DNA of 64,000 nt from Podarcis muralis. Lineage: Eukaryota. Within the stretch, counting starts at the first letter, position 1; each line of letters starts with the position of its first letter. Under the pieces are notes generated by a model that saw nothing but the letters and a program-made list of their open reading frames with translations, did not search any database and was not told where the DNA came from. Positions 25,623 to 38,651 of this stretch are shown one piece after another. The DNA lies in NCBI RefSeq assembly GCF_964188315.1, contig NC_135659.1:45136001-45200000 (forward strand), written 5' to 3'. Made by a program: the position numbers and the translations under genes.

Positions 25623-28600
25623 CCCCTACAGTGGCTGATCCAAAATCGGACAGCAAAAAACTGCAGGCAGGGACACGGGGTTGTTTTAAAGCAACCAGCC
25701 CCGATCTGCTTCTCTCCCTCCTCCCGGCTAGGCTGGCTGAAAAGCTTTGCTGCTACTTAGCAGCTCAGTGGAGAAGAGAGAGGGACATAGAGCACGGGGT
25801 TGTTTTAAAGCAACCAACCCCGCTCTGCTTCTCTCCCTCCTGCCTGGCTCGGCTCGCTGACAGGAGCCGCTTACACCCGCTTTGCAGTTTCAAAGAGAGC
25901 CACGGACTGCTCACAACTGCAGCGGATTCCCCTGCCATCTGTAGGCATTCGCTCCATAACACGCACAGACATTTCCCCTTACTTTCCAGGAGGAAAAAAC
26001 TGCGTGTTATAGAGCGAAAAATACGGTATTTATGTGTGGTGCATCCCAACATGGCTATAGGTCAAAACTGAATTATTTGAATGTGTATTGGGGGTTGGGG
26101 TCTGATTAGGTCTGATCATTTCTTTGTCAGTATCCTCCATTTTTGTCCATCCTCCATTGTTTCATCTCAATTTTATTTTTCAGTAAATCGTTTATGTGTG
26201 ACCTCCGGTAATCAGACAGGCTTTTTATGTGACAACAGAGCTAGCTGCATTCCACCCAGCCAGGTCTGTGATGCAAGACAAAATTGTGCAAATGGGGAGG
26301 ATGAGCAAGGATCACTATGCGGTAAGAATATTTGCTTAAATCTCCCCCTTACCATGCCCAGTTAATGCCACATGCTTTTTCCCACCATACCTCAGCCATT
26401 TTATAAAGCTTCAAGCTATAGCAAGTTAGGTGGTGAGGAAAACAGAAGCAGACTGAGGATGAGATCACACATACATGTTCTGCAATCAGTCAATACAGCA
26501 TCTAGTGATTATTTCCATGTGTGAATAGGTAAGAGAACAGAACAGCAGCATCAGGATTCAGGACCGACTCCTCTTCAAGTGGACTGATGCAGCCTGAATT
26601 GAAGTTGTAGGTTGAAGACAAGTCGTGAACTCTACCAAGAGTTCTCACATATCAATAAAAATATACCTGCAGCCCAGTCATCACTTGGAAGAAGACTATT
26701 TCAGTTTCTACTTTAATAAATCCTCAAAATGTGATTTGATTTTGATTATTTAATTTCTATGTTGTTGTTGCTGGCATCCGTCTGTCTTGAGAGACACTGG
26801 AGTGCGCCTCTGGGGGTTAAGTCAAACCACTGTGTTAGCAGCACTGAAGTGGCATCAAAATATCTCTCAGCAGTGTAAAAAATACCTGAAGCAACAATGG
26901 ATAACTTAAACAAGTTACATATAAAAAGTTACATTAACACAAAATTGTGTATATATATATATATATATCAATTCATTTTCCTTCTGACACACTCTTCCTC
27001 TCAGCCTCTGAATTCTCACCCAGGGTCCAAACAAACTTTCAGCTCAAGCCGAAAAGTCTCAAAACAATAAGAGTTCTAGAAACACCAGACATCACCTAGT
27101 CTCTTACTCTAGACTTGTTTTTGTTTTGGAGGAGCAGGCCCAAAGTTGCCCACAGCTGTGTCCTATTCAACTGCACTCTCCATACTCAGTTGCAGGTACA
27201 GCAGGTTTGTTGAGTTTCCCAGAGGGTCCAGTGGATGTGAAAAGGGCCCCCCTGCACACACTGCTCCTTCATCCTCTGTCCTCTCCTCCTCCTCCTCCAG
27301 CTGCTATTTGGTAGTCTGTATATTTAAGCAAAGCCTTTAACAACATCCTTTATTATTGTTTTTTAAAGTCCTTTTAAAGAAAGAGATGGTAACTAAATAA
27401 ATGTAGTTGCTTCAACAGAAATAGTGTGAATATTGCCTTAGTAACTGAACTTCTGAATGACTTTCATTTTCTACCTGCAAAGTAAGGAGAGGGATGTTCT
27501 CTTCACATACCATGTTTCTGGAATGTACTTAAACCCCACCCCCACCCCCCAAATATGCTGTTTTACTTTGAGGATCTATGCAGTTTACGATGCAAACTTG
27601 TACTTGTCTGTTCAGAAGTAAGCCCCATTGAGTTCAGTGAGAGTATTAAGATTGCCTTAGTTGTATTGTTATTTATTACTAATTACCACATTTTAAGCCA
27701 CTGCTGTTTTTACCCAGTATATATTTTGCACAGTACAGCATTTTCTCCCCTCACCGCTTCTGCGTCTTTCTTTATTTTTTTTGTAGATGATTTGCCCAAC
27801 AACCTTCCAGGATACTTGATATTTTATTGCAGCAACCGCAAGGTTTGGGTCTATGCAGACAAAAGATGTAATGGAATCAATGACTGTGGTGACTGTTCTG
27901 ATGAAGTAGGAGCTTGTAAGTCTTTTCTTACAAAGTTCTGCTTGTAGTTAATGGATAAATGGGAGCAGTGCCCAGGCAAGGCAAGGATTGCACCCCATAA
28001 CCTCCTTGTGGGTGTTGCACATGAGGCAGCACAGCAGGCACACTTCACTGAGCCTCTGCTGCAACGGGTCCTCATGGAGGTTACCTGCGGGTTGCCGCAT
28101 TTGCCCTCTCAGCTTGTCAAACTCCCTGCGTGAGTGGTGGCTTGTGCTCCTTGGTGGGCTTGGTGGCGTCCCTGCAGCGCCAGAGCCAAGTTGGCTGCAC
28201 TTCTCTCCGTGCCCCTCACCCAAGGACACATGGGAGGAAGGCCTGAGGGAAGGACCGGTGCTGGCCGGGAAAAGTCCAGGCTCCGGCTGGTGGGATTTCC
28301 GCCCTGAGGCAGATGTCTCTTCACTGGCCATTTTTTGTGTGTTTTTAATACCCTGTTGGAAGCCGCCCAGAGTGGCTGGAGAAGCCCAGCCAGATGGGAG
28401 GTGTATAAGTAATAAATTAGGAGGAGGAGGAGGTGGTGCCACAGCCCTGAAGGCCTGGCCTGGGCACAACTCACTTCCCCACAACTCCGTAAGGCAGTAG
28501 CCATGAGGCCTTGGCAAGGGAGCCTGTCATGGGCGTGCTAGGTTGTACCCCCTCAGAATTCTGTGCCCAAGGCCATGACCCTCCTCAGCTCCCCAACGCT

Positions 28601-28965
28601 GTACCACTTTGTGTGAAATATGCTGGATTGTAAGTCTACCAGGATATCCTCTTTTGCATAGTGTCATTCTCAAGTTTAGGGACATGGGATTTTGCACTAG
28701 TTCCCAACATCCCCTGACCACTGTGGCCATGCTGGCTGGGGCTGATGGGAGCTGGAGCCCAGCATCTGGACCCCATCTCTGCTGAGTACATCTGTTATGC
28801 TTCTTTTTTATTCCAGGGGCCAGCTGCCCTCCTTGTGGGCCTCAATGGTGGGGATGCACCATGGCTGTCTTCCATATGTACTGTAGCTGCATTCCCAGAC
28901 GTCTTTGCCGAGATGGAATACAGCACTGCAGTGACTGGTCTGATGAATACGTCTGCACAAGATGA
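21557..28965 (+). CDS. LDLRAD1: Low-density lipoprotein receptor class A domain-containing protein 1 (6 coding exons, 217 aa)
   Basis: Exons 21557-21577 (MNRIHPQ), 21907-21961, 24124-24285 (Cys cluster and TM), 26184-26321 (GFLCDNRASCIPPSQVCD...NGEDE), 27787-27915 (DKRCNGINDCGDCSDE) and 28817-28965 (CPPCGPQWW...QHCSDWSDEY). All GT-AG and in frame; synteny fits. Confidence 0.92.
22805..22955 (+). mobile_element. Diverged MIR/Ther1-related squamate SINE
   Basis: GGTAGAGCA...CCCAGATTCAATC tRNA-like head and GCCAGTCAGAGTAGA...GGTCTGAC...GCAGCTTCGTATGTTC tail. Boundaries approximate. Confidence 0.6.
23211..23254. repeat. (TTCC)n microsatellite
   Basis: About 11 tandem TTCC units. Confidence 0.95.
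24585..26026. mobile_element. Tc2/pogo-like non-autonomous DNA transposon (1442 bp) with internal tandem array
   Basis: TIRs CCGTATTTTTCGCTCTATAACACGCA / TGCGTGTTATAGAGCGAAAAATACGG; TA duplication at 24583-24584 and 26027-26028; located in LDLRAD1 intron 3. Confidence 0.9.
24783..25620. repeat. Compound minisatellite (about 89-121 bp units, each ending in an (AC)n tract)
   Basis: Unit anchor GTATCAATCCTAAAGTCGCAGG at 24882, 24977, 25090, 25179, 25275, 25396 and 25504 (variant), plus a partial unit at about 24783. Confidence 0.95.
28270..28415 (+). mobile_element. L2 3' end fragment
   Basis: AGCCGCCCAGAGTGGCTGG...CAGCCAGATGGG...GTATAA closely matches the L2 3'UTR at 4290-4350. Confidence 0.75.
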
Positions 28966-30452
28966 GCACTCCAGGGCTGTAACCTTCAGAAAATAATGGG
29001 AGCTATCCATCAAATACCGCTGTTGGGGAATTGCCATACGTATTTCTCAGAGGGGCTTGCGACGGATACATTGTGTAGTGTTAGATGTGCTGCTCCTAGA
29101 CCAGGGATCTTTCACCTTTTGAGCTCAGTAAAGTGTGTCTGCGTGTGTGTATAACACCCTTGGCTTCCTCAAAACCCACTGCTACAAAAAGCGAAAGGAG
29201 GAAAAGAACGCCTGCTACCAAAAAATCTGGCTCAGACTTCCACACGTACTGGAAGCTGCGAAATCTTGCTTTGTAACAGGGTAAAGGACCAGGGACTCAG
29301 CTATACAGCTGCAAATAAAATGTTTTAAGTGTGTTTTAAGTGCAATATACACTAGATGGCAATGGTGAGCCTTATGGAAAATTCAATGTAAAATGCTTAA
29401 AAAAAAAAAAAAGGGTTTCCAGAACGATTTTTATATGTGTGTAGAACTCAGTTCAGGCAGAATCCTTCTCACAATTGCGGACTGATCAATGCCAGCTATT
29501 GCACAAGCACTTATAGTGATGGAAACTAATTGGTATCTTATTCCTAGATGACATTTAAGAAGTCAGTGATTACCTGCCATGTGAACTCTCTATTTCCCCC
29601 CTCTCCTTTTCTCTGTTATTTTCCCTTAGCTATGGGCATTTGGGTGTTGGATGAGTAAAAGATCATTGATTTCAAACCACGCTGCTGTATTTGATACATT
29701 GCACTTCAGTCTACAATATTATTGTATCTCAAAGCCCTCACCCTTTTATACCTCTAACATGCCAGGTGTGACCTGCAGCTATTAGAGTGGAATGAACCCT
29801 TAAAAGTGAGAGCATTAGCTGTCAGTCATAACTAGGATAAAGTGGCCTCAGAATAGTCTTCTGAGGAAGAGGTTTGTGTGACTTTCATACTCTTATGTAG
29901 AAGTAGACATCATCTTATATAATGAAACAGGTACTACAAACAGACCTTTAAGTCAATATTCGTATCTGATAATTCGATTTCTACCAACATATACCATCAG
30001 ACTAAAACGAATGACTCTTATTTCCTATTGTGACAAGTCATGCAATATAGATGGTGCAATAAACAAACATTTACAAGTTGTTAGTTGCCCAACTAAATCT
30101 TATTCGCTTCACAGCACATCATTAAATGGTAAGTGTTTAAACACTAATGGCAGATGAATGGGGTTAGGAGTCATGCTTATCTGTTTTTTGTTTGACAGTC
30201 ACTTTAATTTACATATTGTATTAAATATGTTACTGCTTGAGTAAATAAAACTTGATTTTAGTATGTTTTATTACACTGTGCTAGCATGTGTTCCTTGGCA
30301 AAATTTGAAAACTCAGTCTCAGCTTGAAAGGAAACACACACAAAAATCCACAGCAATTAAGTGGAACAGTACCATGTAACAAAACAGTAGGATACAAAAG
30401 TACCACGTGTTTGCTCTCATTTAATTCATCTAGGGATCTATATAGTATAGTA

Positions 30453-30802
30453 AAGGTGAAGGGACCCCTGACCATTAGGTCCAATCGTGACCGACTCTGG
30501 GGTTGCGGCGCTCATCTCACTTTATTGGCTGAGGGAGCCGGTGTACAGCTTCCGGGTCATGTGGCCAGCATGACTAAGTCACTTCTGGCGAACCAGAGCA
30601 GCTCACGGAAACGCCGTTTACCTTCCCGCCAGAGCGGTACCTATTTATCTACTTGCACTTTGAAGTGCTTTCGAACTGTTAGGTTGGCAGGAGCTGGGAC
30701 CGAGCAACGGGAGCTCACCCCGTCACGGGGATTCGAACCGCCAACCTTCTGATCAGCAAGTCCTAGGCTCTGTGGTTTAACCCACAGCGCCACCCGTGTC
30801 CC
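30453..30802 (-). mobile_element. Sauria SINE
   Basis: Full length with A and B boxes; TSD TATATAGTATAGTA at 30439-30452 and 30803-30816. Confidence 0.95.
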
Positions 30803-32202
30803 TATATAGTATAGTACAGTATTCCAAATTTACTTCCTTCAGATCTACAAGCCAACTGAAACAAGTCAGGCTCAAATCCCCACCGTGGCTGATCTTGAGC
30901 TAACTACTTACAGATTAACCTACTTCACAGGCTTGATAAAATATCAGCCTGGGATTGCAGGGGGAAAGTCTGGATATAACTGTGATAATTTCTTTAACAT
31001 GATTAGGTCCCCAAGTCAGGGCTTCTCAAACTTCCTCTTTAGCAGGGCCCACCTAAGGGCCGAAAATTGCTGAGGCCCACTACTCACGATATAGGGGCAG
31101 AGCCAACCACAAAATGATGGCAGATTGATGCAGAGTTTCGCAGAATCAGTTGGCAAGCAGGGCTATCTGACCCTTCATTGGAAATTGCTTCTCTTGTTCA
31201 GTCCCTTTTGCCTTGTTTCTGTATTTTCTCAACTTTCCCTCACACACTGCTGACTACTCTGTTCATTTCTTCCCTTTAATCCACTCCAAATTAGCATGCA
31301 GTAAGCTCATTGTCTGACTCCTATACCTATGTGTGCCTATGAAATGGACATTCAGAGATCCTGCTGGTCCAACCAAAAGGCTACAGCACACCTAGATGAA
31401 CATAGGCTATGGCAACTGAGGTCTACAGCTTGGAGAGAGAAAAAAGCACCCACTTTGTAAATCAGACGTAACCTATGATTAGTCAAGCCGCATGGTATTA
31501 CCGTATTTTGAAATTCTTTATGCCGGAAAATGTGTAGCGTTTTGTGTACCTTTGGTGTTCACTAGTTGAAACCACTGAAACATGTTTAAGCATGACAACT
31601 AATACCCAGTTTGTTTATAATGTACAAGAGTCAACAGTGGTTTGGGTGCGCTCTGAACAATCAAAATCAGTTCAAACAGATATTCCACTTCAAAAAGGAT
31701 AAAATATTTAAAACATATTGTGGATGTATTTATACTACCGGCTTTTATTGTTTAATTCCTCGACTCCTATGTTTATTTTGTTAAATCCTATTATCTGTGG
31801 TTAAGTCTCACACTGTTCCTTTGACTACGGCACACAAAATACAAGCACAAACACATAGCGATGACTTGCTTGTAAAAGAGAAAAAGTCATTCAAGATCAG
31901 TCACCACTAAGAGGCTCATATCTAACACCACCTCAAGCAGTTTCTCAAACCTTAGGGTTTATAGCTAAACATGTGTTGTCCTTTTGTAAATGAGCCCTTT
32001 GAAAATGAAACAGTGGAGGGTGCTCACCAAAATTTAATCTATCCCACATTAGGCATTAGTTGAAAGGTCATCACTTGTTTTCTCTGATTAATTCAGAACC
32101 GGAACAAGTCATTGCTTTTTTTGAGGCCACTGTGTTTTGATGGAAAGCAGAAAATTCAGCTGTGCCATTTTTTTTCTTTTAAAAGTGTTTATTTGCTCAT
32201 AC

Positions 32203-35200
32203 TCAGTAAGAATTTAGTAAGTCCCAGTCTGCCACTGAAAAGCTCAGCTGCTTTGATTTAAAACGCTGTTCTTTGTGCTCAGCTGAAGCTCTCTTTTTCT
32301 TCTTCTGTAATTCTTCACTCTTCCCTATTAGTACAGGCAAATTTAACATTTCTGCTCTTGGCCTGTAGAATTGCAGGTTCTCAGAAGTCTCTATTTCAAG
32401 AGGTTCTTCTGTCCTGGCTCTTTTTCCATCTGCAAGACAAATTTTATGAAGTAACTTCACATAATTTTGAATATAGCTTAATTTTGCACTGTTCAGTTTG
32501 GGTCAGTTGCACTAACAGAAGAGTTAACCTAGAGGCAGTTTCCAAATACAGTCGTATCTTGGAAGTCGAACGGAATCCGTTCTGGAAGTCCATTCGACTT
32601 CCAAAACATTCAGAAACCAAAGCGCTGCTTCCAAAAATAGTTTGTAAACTGGAACAGTCACTTCTGGGTTTGCGGCATTCAGGAGCCAAAATGTTTGAGA
32701 ACTAAGCTTTTTGAAAACCAAGGTATGACTGTAGTCAAAATATTTTAAGGGTTCAAAGTTTCTCAAGAATTGCTATTGTGACCTCTCTTATCATTTTAAA
32801 ATAGAACATAAATGTGGCGATGGCGGAGGTTACCTGCAGCTTCTATGCAAAGGAACACATTTGCAGGAGGAACGTTACACAGAATTCTGAATGTAGCTGC
32901 ATGTTACTTGCATCTCAAAATCTAGACCTTTATACTTAAATGATCTAGTATTACATGTTACAAATTGAATGATATTTTCAGCTGTCTTTTTAATTCTCTC
33001 CTAACCTATTTCTAATTAATTGCTAAGGTCTAAGTGCTTTGCTCTGACCACAGAGAAGCATGGCGATAATGCTACTTTCTTTGTCTGCAGCTCTAAGCTC
33101 CTACGGTCAAAGACACAAGCCACTGCTCACGTTTCAAAACCAGCTTGCCTCTCCAGTTCTTGGAGCTACTATGAGGGCTCAGGGGTGACTCTGTGGAAAG
33201 CTCCACTCGCATTTGCTGTTTTCCAGCGGTGCTTAAATCATCTTTACCTCAGTTTACAAAAATGCACTCTAGCTCTAATCCAAGTTTAGAAATTTGTATC
33301 TTCATGCAAGTTGCTTACAGAAAAGCTGAGCTGCCGTTCGAGATTTCAGGCTTTCTTGTGGTTTAATTGCTTCTTGCACTGCATGCTCCCACTGCAAGAT
33401 GGTCTGAGAAAAGTAGAATTGCAAAAAAGTTTCAGTAGGCAGCACACTTATTCAAGCTAATAGGTCACCACTATAACCTGACATTCAGTGTGAATATGAG
33501 TTTACAGTTTTTCAAGTGTTGTTTGTTAATGTATGGCAGTTCCCCTGTGATTCAACAGTATTCATCCCAGTGCTGAGTGATATACAGTTGACTGAGCCAT
33601 ATGGAGTTTGCATAACAACTCACACAGTCTTAAAAGGAAAACTAGACTTCTGTTAAAAAGCATATACAAGCCTTAATCTACTAATGGAGTATTAATGAGA
33701 GGAAGGCAGATAGGGAGATAGAGAGGTAATTCTCTAGGTTCTGAGTCATTTAGGCAATCCTCCCTTTTAACCACACAGGAAAATCACTTTTTACCACATA
33801 GGAAGATGCTTGCTATATGAAGTCTAGAAATAGTTCAAGAAGGTACATTAAGACATACCTGCTCTGCCCATCCCTCTGTTTTGCAGCTATTATGATCAAA
33901 TTCTTTCAAGGGCACCTCTGAATGAACGAGACCTATTTGTGTCTGGATCCAACAAACAACAGCATTTGTGTCCTAGGTAAAAAGAAAAACCAAAACAAAT
34001 CCCCTTAAAGAAATAATTGTCAACCAAGGTCTGACTTTATAGAAAGACAAATTTTTGACTTTTCTGTGAAACTGAAGTAAATATAACATGAGTTGCATTT
34101 CATTTCTGTGCTAAAAATGCTCCAGATATTCAGCAGAGCAGAAAAATATGTTCACCTTGAGGCAAGTTCCAGAAAGATCCAAGCAGTTCAGCTTTTTGAA
34201 AGGAAGCAGATACCTGAGTCCCAAACAGGTGATTCCTGGATTACCTATATAAAATCAAGAATATTGTATTAAATCTAAAATTAAGCTAAATTGCAAAATT
34301 GTTTCAAGTTGCACGTAAATGATAAAGTAGATTAAGCAAAAGGACTGTCTGTAGTATAGATACGGCCCAGTAATTCAGAATAAATCTGCATATACTTTAC
34401 ATGAGTAGGGATGGTAAAAAGTTAATTGGTTTTTTCTGGTAAACACGGCTCTACCTTAATATCTAGATATGGTTTGTTAGTTCTCAGGGACTGGAAGAAA
34501 ATTAAAAAATACATAAATGCCTACAATATAAAATAGGTACTAATGGTTAAGTCAATATGGAAAGTCAATGTTAATGATATCCAATACCTTAGTTTGTAAT
34601 ACAGGCAGCAATCATTTCACATTGGGGTTCCTTTCCGGGTCCCCATGTGCATTGGCGGAGCACATATAAACTTGCCCCTTTCCACCCCGCCCCCATTCTG
34701 CCTTCTTTCAGGTCCATAAGGACCCGCGCATCGGTGGTCGCATGTCAATTGGATGTGCCTAAAATGGTCACTACCTGTAATAGGGTTATGCACACTTAGA
34801 TGAAAACCAAGTTCTAATAGTACATAGTAAACTTGCACCTGAAACTCTCCCAAACCACAGACTCATTGTGTTTAAAGTCTTGGCAGAAAAAAGTCATCTT
34901 TCTGGTGTCAAGTGAAAATGGTTTTATGCCCCCAAGCCTTTGGTGGCAATTGGTGGTGATCCTGTATGAAGGGAGTGGTTATTTTGTGTTGTTTTAATTA
35001 CATTTTCTTTGAATGAACACTCAATGTTTTATGTTTTGTATTGTTTTGTTGAATTTATGCATTTTGCCCTCTGTTATTCTAAATTACTTTGGGCCTCCCT
35101 TTGATGTGCAAAGCAATCTATACAAACTAACCCTTCCACAACCATATACAGCTCAGCCTTTCTAAGCTCTACATGACAGAGCCTCGCATGCAATCACTAC

Positions 35201-38188
35201 CTTTGTTTCAATTGGTTTATCAAAGTAGCTCAAAGCTATATCCAGTCCAGGGCTGGGTTCTGGTAGCATGACATGACATATATCAGATATTTGCTATGAT
35301 GTAAAATCTAGGATTACAGCCTCAGGGTCAGCGCGTACAACAGCTACTAAAATGTATGGTTTCCATATTAAAATGTGCCATAGAAAATTGGCTATTTCTG
35401 TTGCAGAATACACAACACATTTTGACCATCCCTTGTGTTAACTAGACAGCAGCTGGTTTTAATCAACAACATTGAACAGCAGCTATTCCGGTTTCTATCT
35501 CTCTCTTGTAATGGGTACTCAATAGTGATTAATTTTTATTTATTAAATTCTTCTAATATTGGCAAGGATGAATGCTGGATTACAATGCATATATCCTGTT
35601 TCCAACCTGAAGCTATACTTACAAGACAAATCCAATACTGAGAGATTTTCAAGGCCCCTTTTCATCACTCGGACAGGCGCTGTCATTCTGCGAAGACCAG
35701 CATCTGACAAGCAGTTATCTTTCAGGAGAAGCCGAGTTAAACTAAGGTAAAAGTAAAAGCTACAATTATACATTTATTTATTTATTTATTTAATAAAATT
35801 TACATATTGTTTGATTATTATTTTTCTTTTAAAAAAACAAAAAAAACCCAGAAGCTCTTGGCAAGTAGATGGGAGTTTTGCAAAGCCAAAAGGAAAGTTC
35901 TAAAACTAAGCCAGCTGTGAGATATCCAATAAATAAAATTTGCTGAGTTTCAGACCTTCTGCATTTAAGACTGATTTATATTGCCACAATTCTTTGAACA
36001 ACAAACCAAATGTTCACTTCCTCTGCAGCAAACCGGTACCTAGATAGTGTCCTGTTGGTGATATGGTCTAGCAGCTCATGCTCATCTCCAAGTTTACAGA
36101 AGGACAAATCCAAGCATGTCAGATCCCGGAAAGATTTAATTTCTTCAAGTTTTTCAGAAATAACTAGGTAACTGTAAAAGAGCAAACACAACTGTAAGAT
36201 TCTGCACCCTTGTCCAGTTTCTTTCATTCCCATAGATTTAGCACCACCAACCAACTCTGTCAATGGGGGAAATACCTATGAGATTAGTTTAGTCCAGTTG
36301 ATATATATATGTATTTTACAAAGCAACCAAGCATCTCCTCAATGCCCTGATCCAATATTCTGTTTCTGATTATGCTCTATTCTACAGTAAACCTGGAGTG
36401 AGGAACCTTTATCAGCACTAACAGACACAATTCCTCATGGGCAGCCTCCTAAGAATGGGTGGGCCAGAGGGAAAACTGGGCAGAGCCCCCAGTATGGATT
36501 TTGCCTTTGTACCAGTAGGCTAGAAGGCTGATCGCCGAAGAATTGATGCTTTTGAATTATGGTGCTGGAAGAGACTCCTGAGAGTCCCATGGACTGCAAG
36601 GAGATCAAACCTATCCATTCTTAAGGAAATCAGCCCTGAATGTTCACTGGAAGGACAGATCCTGAAGCTGAGGCTCCAATACTTTGGCCACCTCATGAGA
36701 AGAGAAGACTCCCTGGAAAAGACCCTGATGTTGGGAAAGATGGAGGGCACAAGGAGAAGGGGACGACAGAGGACGAGATGGTTGGACAGTGTTCTCGAAA
36801 CTACAAACATAAGTCTGATCAAACTGCGGGAGGCAGTGGAAGACAGGAGTGCCTGGCGTGCTCTGGTCCATGGGGTCACGAAGAGTCGGACACGACTAAA
36901 CAACAACAACCAGTAGGCTAGTTCCTACACATGCTCACACATCCCTTTCTATCCCCCATCCAAGCAAGCAAGAAACATCATCAGAATTCAGGGACACATT
37001 CCACTCAAGCAAAAAATATCTGAGGGGAGTGCAAAGCAGAACTGGTGAGGGAGGTGATCTGGGGAGAGGCCAGACAGGAAGAGTGCATTTGGCCCCCAAG
37101 CCTAAGGTTCCCTGCCCCTGTGCTAAATAATCAGCTATGAGAAAGCCCGATACGAGAAACAGTAACAGACCTAGTAAACCATAGATATAACAGAAACTTG
37201 TAAAAGAGCATCTCTTCTAGGAAAAATATATTTGGTGCAGATAAGACTATGAAGAAGAAGCCAGTATTCATTCCTAGATTTGCTGTGAAGAGTACAAAGA
37301 ACCACACTGAGTCTAAATTTAGTTGTTTGGAAGCAATGTTCAATAAAGCTTATTTTCAACTAATTGCACTTAGGAAAGATAAAAGGATTTACATTTAAAG
37401 GCCAATACCGAATCTTATTTGTAAGGTGTAAAGCAATGCTATTGCTCCATTACTCCATACAGAAAAAGGTAAAGCTGCCAAAACAATAAAAAAGATAAAA
37501 TAAAGTTTTTAGTTGGATGCCTTTCCAAACCTAAGTAAAGTGGTTTATGTTCCAAATTCAAATGCTATGAAGCACTAGGAACAGCCAGAACAGGCCACAC
37601 AACAGTATTCTACCTTATTCACTTTGTACCCTTTTAATTTAGCTCAGTGTGATTTGCTACTTTATTGAGGACTCCTTTAATGGGGGTGCAGATGTGCTAC
37701 TATAAACAAGTTATGCATGCTTACCCATTTTTCAAGCATAGAGTCTGAAGCACTAAACTTCCATAAGCATCAATAAATTTTTGCAAAGCACAGAGTCCTG
37801 TTCTTGGTTCTGTAAATTTCTGTCTAGCATCTGCTGCATAGAAAAGCTTTTCGGCTATCTGTTCTGGAAAGTCAACCAGTGAATCAACATGATGAATGTT
37901 GTCAGCAATGTAACTCAGAACGAGGCTGAAGAGAGATTTGGCAGAATAGCGAAGACTTCCCTTCTTTGTGTAAGTGAAGATGAAGTGATCTGTCCTTCCA
38001 TTGTCATTTTCCCTATTCACACAGAGCTCAACAGAAAATCCTTTGGAAAAGAGTCTTGAAGGCCTTGGCTTTGGATCACTGTTGTTTACTCCTCCTGATG
38101 CTTGATTTGCCTTATATAGCTGTCCATTTTCCCGAACGTAGACAGATCCTCTATCTGGAAGGTTTTCCGCATAGAGATAGCATGACAT
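32203..38188 (-). CDS. LRRC42: Leucine-rich repeat-containing protein 42 (7 coding exons, 409 aa)
   Basis: Exons 38188-37725, 36171-36040, 35741-35623, 34244-34156, 33972-33859, 33403-33319 and 32429-32203. Motifs KGFSVELC, LRYSAKSLFSLVL, YLVISEKLEEIKSF, LKDNCLSDAG and C-terminus DWDLLNSY; AATAAA on minus at 31749-31744. Confidence 0.96.
32549..32731. mobile_element. Tigger-type MITE (second family)
   Basis: TIRs CAGTCGTATCTTGG / CCAAGGTATGACTG; TA at 32547-32548 and 32732-32733. Confidence 0.85.
36524..36908 (+). mobile_element. RTE-BovB LINE 3' fragment
   Basis: RRIDAFELWCWKRLLRVPWTA, then REDSLEKTLMLGKMEGTRRRGRQRTRWLD; (CAA)n tail; 13-bp TSD ACCAGTAGGCTAG at 36511-36523 and 36909-36921. 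Confidence 0.95.
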
Positions 38189-38290
38189 TCCTCTTTAAAG
38201 TTTCTGAGAGAGGAAACAAACAAGGTAAAGCATAAAACAAAGCAAAAAAGGGATTTAATCTGGGAAATGTCTACGTGTATGATTTCCACA

Positions 38291-38651
38291 GGGACGCAGG
38301 TGGCGCTGTGGGTTAAAGCCTCAGCACCTAAGACTTGCCGATCGAAAGGTCAGCGGTTCGAATCCCTGCGGCGGGGTGCGCTCCTGTCGTTCGGTCCCAG
38401 CGCCTACCAACCTAGCAGTTCGAAAGCACCTTCGGGTGCAAGTAGATAAATAGGGACCGCTTACTAGCGGGAAGGTAAACGGTGTTCCGTGTGCTGCGCT
38501 GGCTTGCCAGAGCAGCGATGTCACGCTGGCCACGTGACCCGGAAGTGTCTGCAGACAGCACTGGCTCCCGGCCTATAGAGTGAGATGAGCGCACAACCCT
38601 AGAGTCTGGCAAGACTGGCCCGTACGGGCAGGGGTACCTTTACCTTTACCT
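38291..38651 (+). mobile_element. Sauria SINE (subfamily 2)
   Basis: Full length; TSD TATGATTTCCACAG at 38278-38291 and 38652-38665; (ACCTTT)n tail. Confidence 0.95.

Noticed and set aside
32444-32766. Protein-like ORFs in the last LRRC42 intron
   Set aside because: They span the Tigger-type MITE at 32549-32731 and show no homology I can recognise.
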